From Takakia lepidozioides (Eukaryota; Plantae; Bryophyta), in NCBI GenBank assembly GCA_030704615.1, contig CM060732.1:26908001-26972000 (forward strand): DNA of 64,000 bases, given 5' to 3'. Made by a program: the position numbers and the translations under genes. The notes under the pieces were generated by a model. It did no database searches and had not been told where the DNA came from. It saw only the letters and a list, made by a program, of their open reading frames with translations. Numbering within the stretch: position 1 is the stretch's first letter; each line of letters starts with the position of its first letter. Below are positions 22,290 through 34,599 of the stretch, piece by piece.

Positions 22290-25200
22290 TCCATTACATA
22301 GATGTCATGTCTGCAAGAGCCACCGCCCGCCAGCCACTAGACAAGGCTTGCAGCCTTCCCAAACCAAAAAGCAAACAATAATGGTGCAAGTGGATAAAAT
22401 CAAACCATGAGTATCTCTCTTTAATCAAGATTTCTTGTTGAATGTATTGCACAGAATCATGGGGCCTAGAAAGAGCTTTTCTTCCAACACTTGCTCTGGA
22501 GATTTTACTTTCGCAAAGGTAATGCAAGCCTCGGGTGCACCTGAAGGTAAGTCTTCACGAGTCATTGCTTCACATTACATAGAGGCTGTTGTAGAGCAAG
22601 GTGGGAGGAGATGGAGCCATAAGAAAGAGGCAGGTAGCGCCGTCCAAAGGCATATATTCGGTTTTGTCCACTAGAGAAGATTTGGGGCCAGGTACTACCA
22701 CCATGGCCCCAAATTTGTTATGCTTTGTCCGCTGATGTGACAAATATAGAACGATGACAGGGCATGTTAAGGGGCATGTCGGAGCGTTGGACAAAGCCAT
22801 CTCTGAAAGAGTTTAGTGGACAAAGACCCTATTCCAAGCAATGTCGTTGGTCCGATCACTAGTCTGGAATCTCCCTTGGAACTGTTTCATATTTCAAAAA
22901 CTTCAGAGAAATGATACATAATACAATCAATTCTAATCCATTGCAATACAATATACAATCCTGGTTAGTGACATTCAAAAAAGAAATGTTTTAAAGGGAA
23001 ACACCTGGGAGACAGCTCACAAACCGAGCGCCTTAGTTATAATGAGAGGAGAGAAATCCTCTTTCACAATAACCTTGCCATGAGGTGCCAAGTAGTAACC
23101 TTAAATTTCATTAAATCATGTCACCACCGAGTATTCCTGATAAATGAAAATGATTTTAGGTTACGGCGACATGAAGAACAATCATACAAAACTAACATGA
23201 ACTAAGACAAACTGAATTATTATTGGTTCGGTTATACTATGATTCAATAGCAAAAATGACATTTGTGTTGTTTTGGACTGGTGAATTTAGACATCAGATT
23301 ATTTGGGACTATCGTAGTGTATATCGTAGGCATGAATCCTCCATTTTCCAAGGCAGCCAGATGGTAAGATCGACAGGGGTTGCTATTACTACCACCAAGA
23401 GTGTGGCAAGTTCAACTTACTTCACTCGTGTGTTAGAAGAGAGACTGTCCTCATGGGTAGGAGTTGGAGAGAGAACAGCGACAGTTGTTCTAATACTGTT
23501 GGATTTACCACTTCAGTTTCCTTGCAGCTGCTTGAGCACTACATCAAGATGTGCATGTTGGACAAGAAGAGGGACAAGAAGATATCATGTTTCACTGAAG
23601 CAGCAGTTCTTTTGGCACGATTTGGTGACCAGACCTAGATGACTGCAGCAGTTCTATTCCACTCCTCTCAAGAAGAAACAAAAGGCTTGGGTAAGACTTG
23701 CAGGATACCTGCAGCAGTCCTGGGATGGATCCACAGTGGTGATTCTTCACATAGTTCCCACCACCTCAGAAAGTCATATCGTCCTCTTAAACTCAACACT
23801 GTGTTCCTAAAGGGGTTTGATGCCAAGGCTTGAAATGAAATCTTGCTCAAGTCATTTTTGCCACAAGATTATCCAACAAACACAACTTGATGCTTCTTGC
23901 ACACACCGGCATCCAATATTACAAGTGGAAGAGTTTATGACCTGACTTCAACGGGCTTATTATTGCAATCTCAGGTTTTCAACAATACAATCAAGGCACG
24001 CCGATTGAGGACACTATAAGCTGAACAACTCAACTAGTGGTGTTTCTTTTCCCCTACGTTTGAGCCTGTAAGACAAAAGCCCTACGAGAGAGGAGCTTGA
24101 TGTGAACAGAATGCAAAGCTTATCCAAAGATACGTACGGGAGGAGTTTGATGACGAGATTCACATGCCTCACCACTCAAATGGAAAACTACAAAAAATAA
24201 CGAACAGATATTGTTGAGATGAGGAAGAAGGTGCGGACACTTACATCGGGGGGTGACGGTGACGCTGTTCATGCACCATACCTTCGTCGGTTCCACATAG
24301 TCAAGGTCAGACTGAAACCTGACTGAAACAGAGTCCAAAATGGTGTGCTCCCTGCCAGCCCAGGGAAGAAAAACAGATCAACATTCCCTTCTCCTTCTGT
24401 AGGGTCACGCCGTAACTCTGCCTAGAAACCCGGTCTCAACTTGACCGTGGACTAAACTAGTTAATCCTCCATACATCTGCCGAAAGAACCGCACAACAGA
24501 TCTGTAAAATAAGCGACCTCTGGCTCGTTTTTAGAGTTCTTCGTTCCCAGCACTGCAAATCTCTATCTATCTATCTATCTACTCCCGCAAAACACTTGCC
24601 GGTCTTGCGCAGCCGACCTGGGAAAGACAGGCCCCTCGCCACCTCCAACGATCGTCGTCGATAGTTCGATAACTTCCAACAAGAAAGTTGGACGATAAAG
24701 AAAGCTGGATGATAAAGGAAGTTGGACGATAAAGTTATGGGTCTCTTTTCACGCCTCTGTTGTGGTCGTGGAAAGTTTCCGCCGGATGGACGATAACGTG
24801 TAGACGGATTCAACGAGCATCCGCAGAGCATATAGCAGCGGGGGTATAAAGGAACATCCACAACCAGTGGCTCCTGGTTGACCGCACATCCGAGCCAACC
24901 ATTTCAAACCCACATCGCCTGCCATGCTACGGGCTGCCACATGGACGCTCGGATCTCGCAAACCCTGCCGGGCGGAGGTCATGTTACGGAGCCACATCGA
25001 CGGCGGCCAGCGTGTTACAAGCGAATGAACGGACGGCTGATGCGGGGCCTCATCCACTTCGGGTGTAATATCCGAGACGGAACGGCCGAGATGCTGGGAT
25101 CGGATCGACCGAGGTTGCTTGGTCGCCTCCCCCCGGCCACTCGTCTCTCTCGCGGGGCAGGCCACCAATTTCTCACCTGCTCTCTCTTCCCCGTCTGTCT

Positions 25201-25305
25201 GTGCTCGAGAAAATTCAGTCTCGGCTTCTGCACATTTCTCATCTGCTGTGCGAGGAGGGGGAGAGAGAGAGGGAGGGAGGGAAGGACCGGAAGGGAGATT
25301 CAGCC

Positions 25306-28300
25306 ATGGCCGCGATGAGGTGTAACGTGGCTAATGCAGCTGCTGCAGTGGCAGCGCCTGCCCGCATTTCGGGATCCAGTAGCCAGGTGGAGAGGCTCGG
25401 CGCTCCCCCGCAGGGATTCGCGTTGGGGAAATTCGCTGGCCTCAGGCTTGCATCCAATGGAGCAGTCACATCACAGCCGGCACAGGCGTTGCGGTCCCAG
25501 AAAGTGAGTCTAAAGGTTACAGCCACAGCTGCCGTGGAAACCCTGGAGAAGGCAGATGTTGCGCTGGTGGAGAAATCCATCAATACCATCCGGTTTCTTG
25601 CAATCGATGCTGTGGAGAAGGCGAATTCTGGTCATCCTGGCCTGCCCATGGGGTGTGCGCCCATGGGCCACGTGCTGTACGATGAGGTGATGAAGTATAA
25701 TCCCAAAAACCCCTACTGGTTCAACAGGGATCGATTTGTTTTGAGTGCGGGCCACGGATGCATGCTCCAATACGCACTGCTTCATCTTGCTGGATACGAC
25801 AGTGTGCTGGTACACTACTTCAAACTTTGTTTCTATTTTCCTTCTGAGCTTCCTCGTTTCGTCGTTTCGTTGACGGCGAGCTGCATGCCAAGTAAATGGT
25901 TTGGGACGATAAGATATGCGGATGATTCTGGCTTTGCCAGGCAGCTTTGTATCGATTCTTTCTAGCTGTTAATGCATACTCTTTGCATAATGAGCACTTT
26001 TATTCCACATTTGGAGTGAGTTGTTGGCGTTAAATGACTGGAGTGATTAACCTACACGAACCTGGCACTCCATTGGATGGTATTGAGAAATGAAGGCGTC
26101 GGTAGTAGTATGAAGGGGTGGGAAACATCATCTGCAATTCTACACTGTCCAATTGTAACATTGGGCTTCACATTTGCTGCGGATACATCCATGGTATGTT
26201 GCTGATTGGTTGGATTATAATCTAACCACTGACCTTGCAGAGTAACACGTGGATATTACTTGTTACTTCAGGAAGAAGACTTGAAGCAGTTCCGGCAATG
26301 GAAGAGTCGGACACCCGGTCATCCAGAGAATTTTGAAACCCCTGGTATCGAGGTTACCACAGGTACCTTTCAGCGGATTATACCAGCACAACTCGATTCA
26401 AGTGTACAAACCTCCTTGCATCCTTTCTGATGTTTTGGAACCTGATTAATGTCAAGAAGGGGTAGCTCTTTCTGAGGAGTCATTCACAAGATTGATTTTT
26501 TTTGCCTTCTGTGTACAGGGCCTCTTGGACAAGGTATTGCAAATGCTGTGGGCTTGGCCCTGGCTGAAGCACATCTGGCAGCCCGTTTCAACAAGCCCGA
26601 TGCCAAAATTGTTGACCATTACACGTCAGCTCTTCCACCCAACCTTTCCAGTGATTTGATGATGTGTTGTTTCCTATGAACATGAACTGTTTGCAACACT
26701 GGGAACCTTTTCTTGTTGTGTTCACAAATTTCTTATATGCACTGGAAATAATTTGTAAAGGGTTCAGTAGCCATAGCATTAGCATTAGCAGTGATCCCAC
26801 ATTTGGGGGGATGAAAGTTCAAGAACATGGACCATTATGCACTATGTAGTTTCCCATATTAATTTACTAGGCTCTCACATTGTGCACATTTACACATTGA
26901 GACATGTATATTTTCCATTCGATTGTAGCCTGAGCCTTCAATGCAAAAGTATGTCTGCACCTTTCGCTCGTGATGATTGGTAGAAGTGTCTGAGTGTGCA
27001 AAGTGAAATGATTCTTGCACGAATGGATCTAAAAGCTCCTGTGTATATGATGCAGTTACTGCATTCTGGGAGATGGGTGCAACATGGAGGGAATCTCAAA
27101 TGAGGCAGGGTCTCTAGCAGGCCACTGGGGCTTGGGTAAGCTCATTGCGTTGTACGACGACAACCATATCTCTATTGATGGAAACACTGACATTGCCTTC
27201 ACAGAGAGTGTTGATGCCCGTTTTGAGGCCCTTGGTTGGCACACTATCTGGGTCAAGGACGGGAACACTGACCTTGATGCTCTGCGTGCTGCAATTGAGG
27301 AGGCCAAGTCTGTTACTGACAAGCCTACGTTCATCAAGGTGTGTATCGTGGCAAGTTAATTTAATCTCAGATCCTAGTGTCAACTTGTGCTCGCTGGATG
27401 AGGGTTGGAAATTGTTGTCCTTCCGTTATTGTTATATCCGTGTGTGCCCCTACCATATCATAGGAATTTTGTAACCTTTTCCCTTAGTTGATTTTCCTTT
27501 CCCTATGTGTAATGCTGGAGTACTGCATGACTTGCTGAATATGCGGTGTTGGAATGTGACAGGTGACAACAACAATTGGATTTGGATCACCAAACAAGGC
27601 AAACTCATACAGTGTGCACGGGGCTGCTCTTGGTGCCAAGGAAGTGGATGCTACGCGGCAAAACTTGGGCTGGCCCTATGCCCCCTTTGTTGTTCCAGAA
27701 GAAGTGAAGAGGTAATAGAGCCTTCTGGCAAGGTTATGTGTGCATTGTGGGATTGGGAAGATTTGCCGATGCCTTCTTCTACTCCTGTAATGTCACAATG
27801 TGAATGGTGGCTGATAAGTGAAGGTGGTCCTGGCTGCAGTCACTGGAGTAGGCATATTGCAGAAGGGGCTGCACTTGAGGCTGAGTGGGAAAAATCGCTA
27901 GCTGCCTATGTGCAGAAGTACCCAGCTGAGGGTGCTGAGTTCAAACAACTGATCAGTGGCGAGCTTCCAGCTGGCTGGGACAAGGCTCTCCCCGTATGTG
28001 CACCTCTCCCTTACATGCTTGTTTCTTGTGTTCTTTCCGTACATTGTTGAACTTTCAATGGTGCGAAGAATTAGTGTTGTAGACCTCAATGGAACTGTTA
28101 GACAAGATTGAGGTAGACGGTCTCTGTTTCCAATACAAGCTTTGGTCTCTGATTCTAAATTGGAACTTTGTACACAGACATTCACTCCTGAGAATCCCGG
28201 TGATGCCACCCGCAACCTGTCTCAGACATGCCTGAATGCTCTCGCAAGAGTACTGCCTGGTCTTATTGGAGGGAGTGCGGACTTGGCGTCTTCAAACATG

Positions 28301-29140
28301 ACCTTGATGAAGATGTTCGGTGACTTCCAGAAGCACTCTCCTGCAGAGCGCAATGTGAGGTTCGGAGTGAGGGAGCATGCCATGGGAGCCATTTGCAATG
28401 GAATTCTCTTGCATGCCACTGGTCTTATCCCTTACTGTGCCACTTTCTTCATCTTCACTGATTACTTGCGTGCAGCTATGCGTATCTCGGCCCTCTGTGA
28501 GGCAGGCGTTATCTATGTCATGACACATGACTCCATTGGTCTCGGAGAGGATGGGCCCACTCATCAACCCATTGAGCATCTGGCGAGCTTCCGGGCAATG
28601 CCCAACATTTTGATGCTGCGGCCTGCTGATGGCAATGAGACTTCGGGTGCCTACAAGGTGGCAGTTCTCAACCGCAAGAGACCGTCAGTATTGGCACTGT
28701 CAAGACAAAAGTTGCCCAATTTGCCTGGAACATCAATTGATGCTGTGGCGAAGGGTGGTTACACCATCACTGATGATTCATCCAACAACAAACCAGACCT
28801 GATCCTTCTTGCAACTGGTTCTGAGCTTGAGATTGCATTCAAAGCTGCAGATGTGATCAGAAAGGAAGGCAAGACTGTGCGTGTCGTCTCCCTAGTATCA
28901 TGGGAGCTTTTTGAGGAGCAGAGTGCCGAGTACAAGGAAAGTGTGCTGCCATCAGCAGTGACAGCTCGTGTCAGTATTGAGGCAGGTGCCACATTCGGAT
29001 GGGAGCGATACGTGGGATTGAAGGGGAAGGCTATTGGTGTTGACCATTTCGGTGCCAGTGCGCCTGCTGGCATCTTGTATAAGGAGTTTGGGCTTACTGT
29101 TGATAATGTGGTAGCAAAGGCCAAGGAAGTCTTAGCGTAA
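25306..29140 (+). CDS. TKL: Transketolase, chloroplastic (7 exons)
   Basis: Exons 25306-25809, 26272-26362, 26519-26624, 27056-27338, 27563-27711, 27840-27993, 28178-29140, all GT-AG and in phase. Ala/Ser-rich transit peptide; [55 protein letters not shown]. Confidence 0.98.
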
Positions 29141-30054
29141 ATTTTATTTCTATGTCAGTTGAACAGGCCTTATTTTCGTTCAGGGTCCAATTTGATTCTT
29201 CTGTCAAACATCTTTTAAGATTTTGTTCTCAACAAACCGACAATACACCATGTATGGGTCTAGTCAGAGCAACTCAGCACCCATTTTCCTGTTGGTGTCT
29301 GCTCTGGAGTGACCTTTTGCTCAGCTTGGGGTGGAGTGCAGTAGCAAATGTGGTTTCTGGCCATAATTGAGGACTTGAGTGCAGTCTTGTGAGTACGAAA
29401 ACAGGTGGCTAGATGGGATGAAGGGGTCACAGTGCATCATCATCATGTTTTTCCCTCTCCATTCTGTCACTCCCTCCCTCCCCCTTTCATGGGCAAAGAA
29501 CTGTCTGGCACTAGTTTTTGCACTGCCAAGGGGAAGCAATATTGAGAACATCTGCACATAGGTAGATATGATTTGTTTTCATAATCCTTCGTCAGTCTGG
29601 GGATCAGCAGTAAACAATGGAGCAGCAATTGGCTCCGTATTAAGATAAGTGTGAAAGACGGAGGGCCTCTCTGAGGGTCATTTTGCTGTGCACACCTTAA
29701 CTGTGTACCAACACACTAAGAATAGGTATGCTCGCACTGCAATGTCTGTGCCCAGGTGCAAATGGTGGCCAAGGTCTGTAGTTTTACCAATTCTGCAAGG
29801 ATCATCGATGCGCATGCGCTTTATTCTCAGCAACCATCCGGAGGTACATCATGCATGTGCCTTCTAGAGCCCTCCTTCAAGAGCCCTCCCTATCTATGGC
29901 TGCAGGTTTGACACCCTTCAGCCCCTTCTCTCCGTAGAGAGAGGGACAGGACACAAAAGTTGTGAGTGTGTTGCTTCAGTACACAATATACACTACAAGC
30001 TTGTACAATACAAAAACTATAGATAGCATTTAGTGCTCACCACTTGATACGATT

Positions 30055-30126
30055 GTGGCTGTAGTTTAGTGGTAAGAATTCCACGTTGTGGCCGTGGAGA
30101 CCTGGGCTCGAATCCCAGCAGCCACA
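30055..30126 (+). tRNA. tRNA-His (GUG), plant cytosolic type
   Basis: GTGGCTG...CAGCCAC acceptor stem, CCACG-TTGTGGC-CGTGG anticodon arm, CTGGG-CTCGAAT-CCCAG T arm; 72 nt; downstream T-run. Confidence 0.97.
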
Positions 30127-30489
30127 CAGTGTAACATTATTTTGCTTTTCTATTTAAATGAACCAAGGCGACTATTGATAGCCAGAGATGGAAGACCGGT
30201 TAGATCTGGATTCTTCTAATGACCTCGACGGCACGCACAAAAAAATGTGGTGGAAATCTAGCTTAGAAGGAGTTGCAACCATATGGATCCCTTTTAGTCT
30301 TGTCAGCATGAAGCTATATCCACAACCCGGTTAGGCTTATCAAAGGTGCCTGAAAACAAAGGTCGGCCAGATTCTCTCATAATCCAAGCCCTTAATCTTG
30401 CAACAGCTGTGATGCCAGAGCGGCCCAGTTAGCTGTACAGGTACATGTATCAACAGTACGTATAATGTAACGGTTTCGGCCACCAATAC

Positions 30490-32330
30490 TAACTACATGG
30501 ATGGGCCATGATAGACCTTGATTATAGGAGAGAGTCCAGCTACGAGAAATCTCGTCATCACATAACCTCCACCCCCAAAAATCCGAGCTCCGCGAGGATA
30601 ACTATTAGATGCACCCATTGCCCCTCTTGATATGGTATCCTCCAAATGTTGGATTAAAAACTCTTGAGGGAAAATCCGGCACCTGCAAAGTGGGCCTAGG
30701 ACAAAACCCCCAAAGGAGGAAAACCGTATGGGAGTACATGTGATGTCATATCCTATCCAAGGAATTATTGAGTAAAGACCAAGAGTTCTAATTAAACTGA
30801 TAATTCTAAACCTAAGAAGGAAGATAATACTAGCTAAGTGCTGAACCAACAGAAGCAACAACATTGCTTTGTACGTAGAGATCGAGCCACCGAACGATCC
30901 CCCACGTTAATACATGTGAGGTCAAAGGCGAGTTCAGAATGAACCAAGTTGGTCAGATACACTCGATCATCAAGTGGAGGAGTTTGAAGTCCATGTGGTA
31001 AGATCAAAGTAAGTTGCCCACGTAACAGCTGATACAACATATAAGGACCGTCTATCTTAAGCTTAGCTTTGCATGCTTACCATGTTGTAATATAAAACAT
31101 ATAGTTTGCCCTACTTGGAATTGGCCAGTATACTTCATCCTCTGGTTGTAGTTCCTGGCCTAAGCAGCTTGTGCCACCACAATATTGCTTGAAGCTTCAC
31201 GCCAGAGTTGAAGCATATGATAGACATCGGCTAGTTAACAAAAATCCTAATCGGTAAGGATCTCCTAGGGGCGCATCCATGACGCATGATGATTTCTTCA
31301 ACAAATCCACTTAATTAAATAATCACTTGAACACTATCCACCTCCTTGGTGTGAAGGCCAGGATAGACCTCTATCCACTTAATTAAATAATCAGTAGCCA
31401 CACACAAGTAGCTATGACCTTTAGAAGTGAGTACAAGAGATGGCATACCAGATCTACCCCAACTCTAGCAAAAACATGAGTCGTAGGGAGCAAAGTCATT
31501 GTAGAAACTAATCACTTGTCTCCTAAAGCTTTGCTTATACCACATGAGATTAGTACAAGAAGAGGAAATAAAACTCAAAATTTTGATGCACTAATGTTTG
31601 TGGTGCCACATGTTTCCAAGCCCATGTGACCCTGGAAGATTTAGTGACTCTGGATGCAACAAGTCCTATAGCTCCTTCTCATATTCTGAATATGTGTTAT
31701 GCAGACCCTCTGATGGATCTTCTCTTTTCAGATCAACAGCCAAACAGACTCTCTTATGACACTTTAGAGATTTGTTCAGCCTTCTTGATGATCATGGTTG
31801 AAAGTGTTTGTGATAGTATGTGAGGCAAAAGTCATGTTATAAGATGAGATGTTGGGAGTTAGTAATCATTCTTTAGTACTTCATTATGATGTAGTTTTTT
31901 GTATCAGTCGCTCGACTCCGGGTTCGTTTTTGCTTGTTCTTGAAGGCCTGAATTTTGTAGCCATAAGCTATACCAAATGAGGCAAGGATTTAGTAGTAGG
32001 AGATCATTTGATGCAGTCATACTCCAGCGATGCCAATCAGGACATTTGCCAGCATGGATTCTTGAGATATTTCGCAAACAGATTTTCTACCATCTTGTCT
32101 CCCATAACTTCATGAGTGGAAAATCGTTCAAGGAATATATTAGAGACGGCTGGGTCCCTTGCTACTTGGAGGTAATTCGGAGCCAGTTGGACACAATTTT
32201 GAAATAATTCCACTACTCTCTTTATATGGGACATCTTGGCATTAAGAAAACTATTGTCCACATCCAGGAGATCATCTACTATTGGAAGGGAATTCAACGC
32301 TATGTGACCTTGTACATTTCCAAGTGTGAA
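30490..32330. mobile_element. Rearranged, degenerate Ty3/Gypsy pol fragments
   Basis: Minus strand 30640-31260: integrase C-terminus (GPY) and chromodomain-like FLIQHLEDTI. Plus strand 31400-32330: RNase H-like VIVETNHLS and integrase Zn-binding region GHLGIKK...C. Confidence 0.6.
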
Positions 32331-32334
32331 GGGT

Positions 32335-32880
32335 GTTCATACTAGCAAAGTTTGAAAAGAAGATAAAATCATTAGGATGGGGAACCATTCGTTCGCCCTT
32401 TGATTCAATTTTGATTCATGTCATACTTGTCAAGGCTATGTACAACATATTAGCAAAGTTTGAAAACAAACAAAATAATTTGGATGGGGAACCGTTTGTT
32501 CGCCCTTTCGATCAATTTTGATTCAATGTCATACTTGTCTAGGACCTGTCAGATGGTATGTAGAACATACTGACGAAGTTTGAAAACAAACAAAAATAAT
32601 TTGGATGATGAACCATTTGTTTGCCATTTCAATCAATTTTGATTGATCCCATACTTATCCACGACCTGTCAGATGGTATATATAACATACTGACAAAGTT
32701 TGAAAACAAACAAATTTAATCATTTCGACATGGAACCATTCGTTGGCCACTTTGAACCACTTCTGATTGATCTCGTACTTATCCACGATCTGTCATATGG
32801 TATGTATAATATATTAGCCCAGTTTGAAAACAACATAAAATCATTTGGATGGGGAACGGTTTGTTTACCATGCAAACAAA
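32335..32880. repeat. Minisatellite, unit about 115-122 bp, about 5 copies
   Basis: AAGTTTGAAAA...TTGGATGGGGAACC...CAATTTTGATT...CATACTT recurs at about 32347, 32456, 32576, 32696, 32820. Confidence 0.85.
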
Positions 32881-34409
32881 TTTATTGCGATAGGCCCATG
32901 AGCGCTCCAACACAGCTGGGTGCATGATACCGTCATCAACCCTAAAGGTTCATATTTGGACCCATAAACTATGAGTACTTCTTAACCATTAGCATGCCTC
33001 AATTTCAAACCTAGAACTCTAACAATATTTTGCATGGGAATATCAGACATAATATAGCCCTTTCAATATTAAAAAATAAAATGTGACATTGTGTAAAAGC
33101 GGACTGATATTCTGAGCTAGTAGATCGAATAGGTTTCAACAGCTCACAATGCAAGACCTTAAAGTTAGTGGACAACATACCTCTAGTGTCATTCACAACT
33201 GCAGCGTGTTGGAGCGGAGGATCTCTCGTCCCCTGACCGAGAGATTGTTTTAGTTTAAAGTCCCTGATGATGTAGTTGCAATAGTATCCACCTTCTTGTT
33301 TTTTTTATGAATTGTGAAACTTTAAGGTTGTATTGACAAAATTTAGTAAAAGGTTCAAGACTCCCACACATGAAACAAGAAGCCACTTGTCTTTCGTATT
33401 TGTGTCCACTTGGGGTTTTCCCTCAATCACTACCATTGTTTTGACTCCTAGCCTTGGGCTATACACGTTAAGCGAACACATGACGGCCATGGGGTGAGAG
33501 AGGAGCAAAAGTGGCCCTAAAGTCTCTACCTCATTCAATGGTTCGGGTGATCTATTGGTGAGAAAATTGCATGCTTTGGAGAGAAGAAGGGGCTGGGAAG
33601 GCCGATCAGATAGCCCGAGCCTTGGAGCGCCGCAAAGGAGAGGAGCAACGAGCTGCACGTGCTATTCAAGATGCCAAGGTCTTCCTCCCTCCATTTTTTT
33701 GTGTCTTTGTCTGTCTTTTAGGTCTCCATTCTGCCTCTCATTGACCTTTCAGATGCCTGACATGACATTGTAAAATAGAAAAAGAAATTCATTATGTCCC
33801 CAGGAGGCCCAGAGGACCTATGGACCCAAAGAAGGTAGAGGGAAACACCTAAGCAACTAGACAGACTTGTTCTCTTACCCGGTCGTTCATCTGAACTTCA
33901 TAAAATCACGACGTGCCGTCTCCTCTTGCTTATAAACATTGTCTTGTTGCCTCCTTCACCCTTCCCCTGCGACAGCTCCAATGTATCTGGTTCCTGTGAC
34001 TTCATGCTGCCATTACAAGATGCAAGAGTGCTGGAAGTGTAGCTATATATACTGATGTGTGGTGTCCTCCCTCCTTAGCGTGTATCAGGTACACTGAATG
34101 TGAAGTCTTCACCTTGAGGCTAACTTGGCTGACATCATCGTTGTGACGTCTTATTGACATGTAGCTTGGGGCTTAGCTGAATATCGTTGATGAAACTCTT
34201 AGACTTTGTCAGATGCATTGGCGAGGTTGGATGAAAGTTCCCACGTTTGTTCGCTAATGTCGTAGCTTTTCCAATATATTAAATACTCAAGATGTTTATA
34301 CTTGATGCGAGAGTCTAGGACTTCATCGACTTCATATTCGATTTCCTGATTGACTTCGATTGGAGTTGGTGAGAGAAGACAAATCGCGGGAAAAAATAAA
34401 TAAAAACCC

Positions 34410-34589
34410 TAGTGTGGGAACCTGATCCGGAACCGCCACTGACCCCCCCAGTTCCAGTTCCTGGAAAAACCCGTATCCACCGGTTCCGGTTCTGGAACCG
34501 TCGTCCCTGCTCCCCCGATTTCGGTTTCGGTTCCTGGGAACCGGAACCACCAGTTCCAACCCGCCTAAGCGGGTACCCGCACAACACTG
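34410..34589. mobile_element. Right end of a hAT-type element (CAGTGTTGTGCGGG family); left end not found
   Basis: Ends in CCCGCACAACACTG, the same TIR as 4218-5076; subterminal GGAACCG/CGGTTCC repeats. Confidence 0.75.
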
Positions 34590-34599
34590 GTGTGAACCT

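Noticed and set aside
22300-24600. Protein-coding gene divergent from transketolase
   Set aside because: Some splice-like signals, but no coherent reading frame or recognisable protein.
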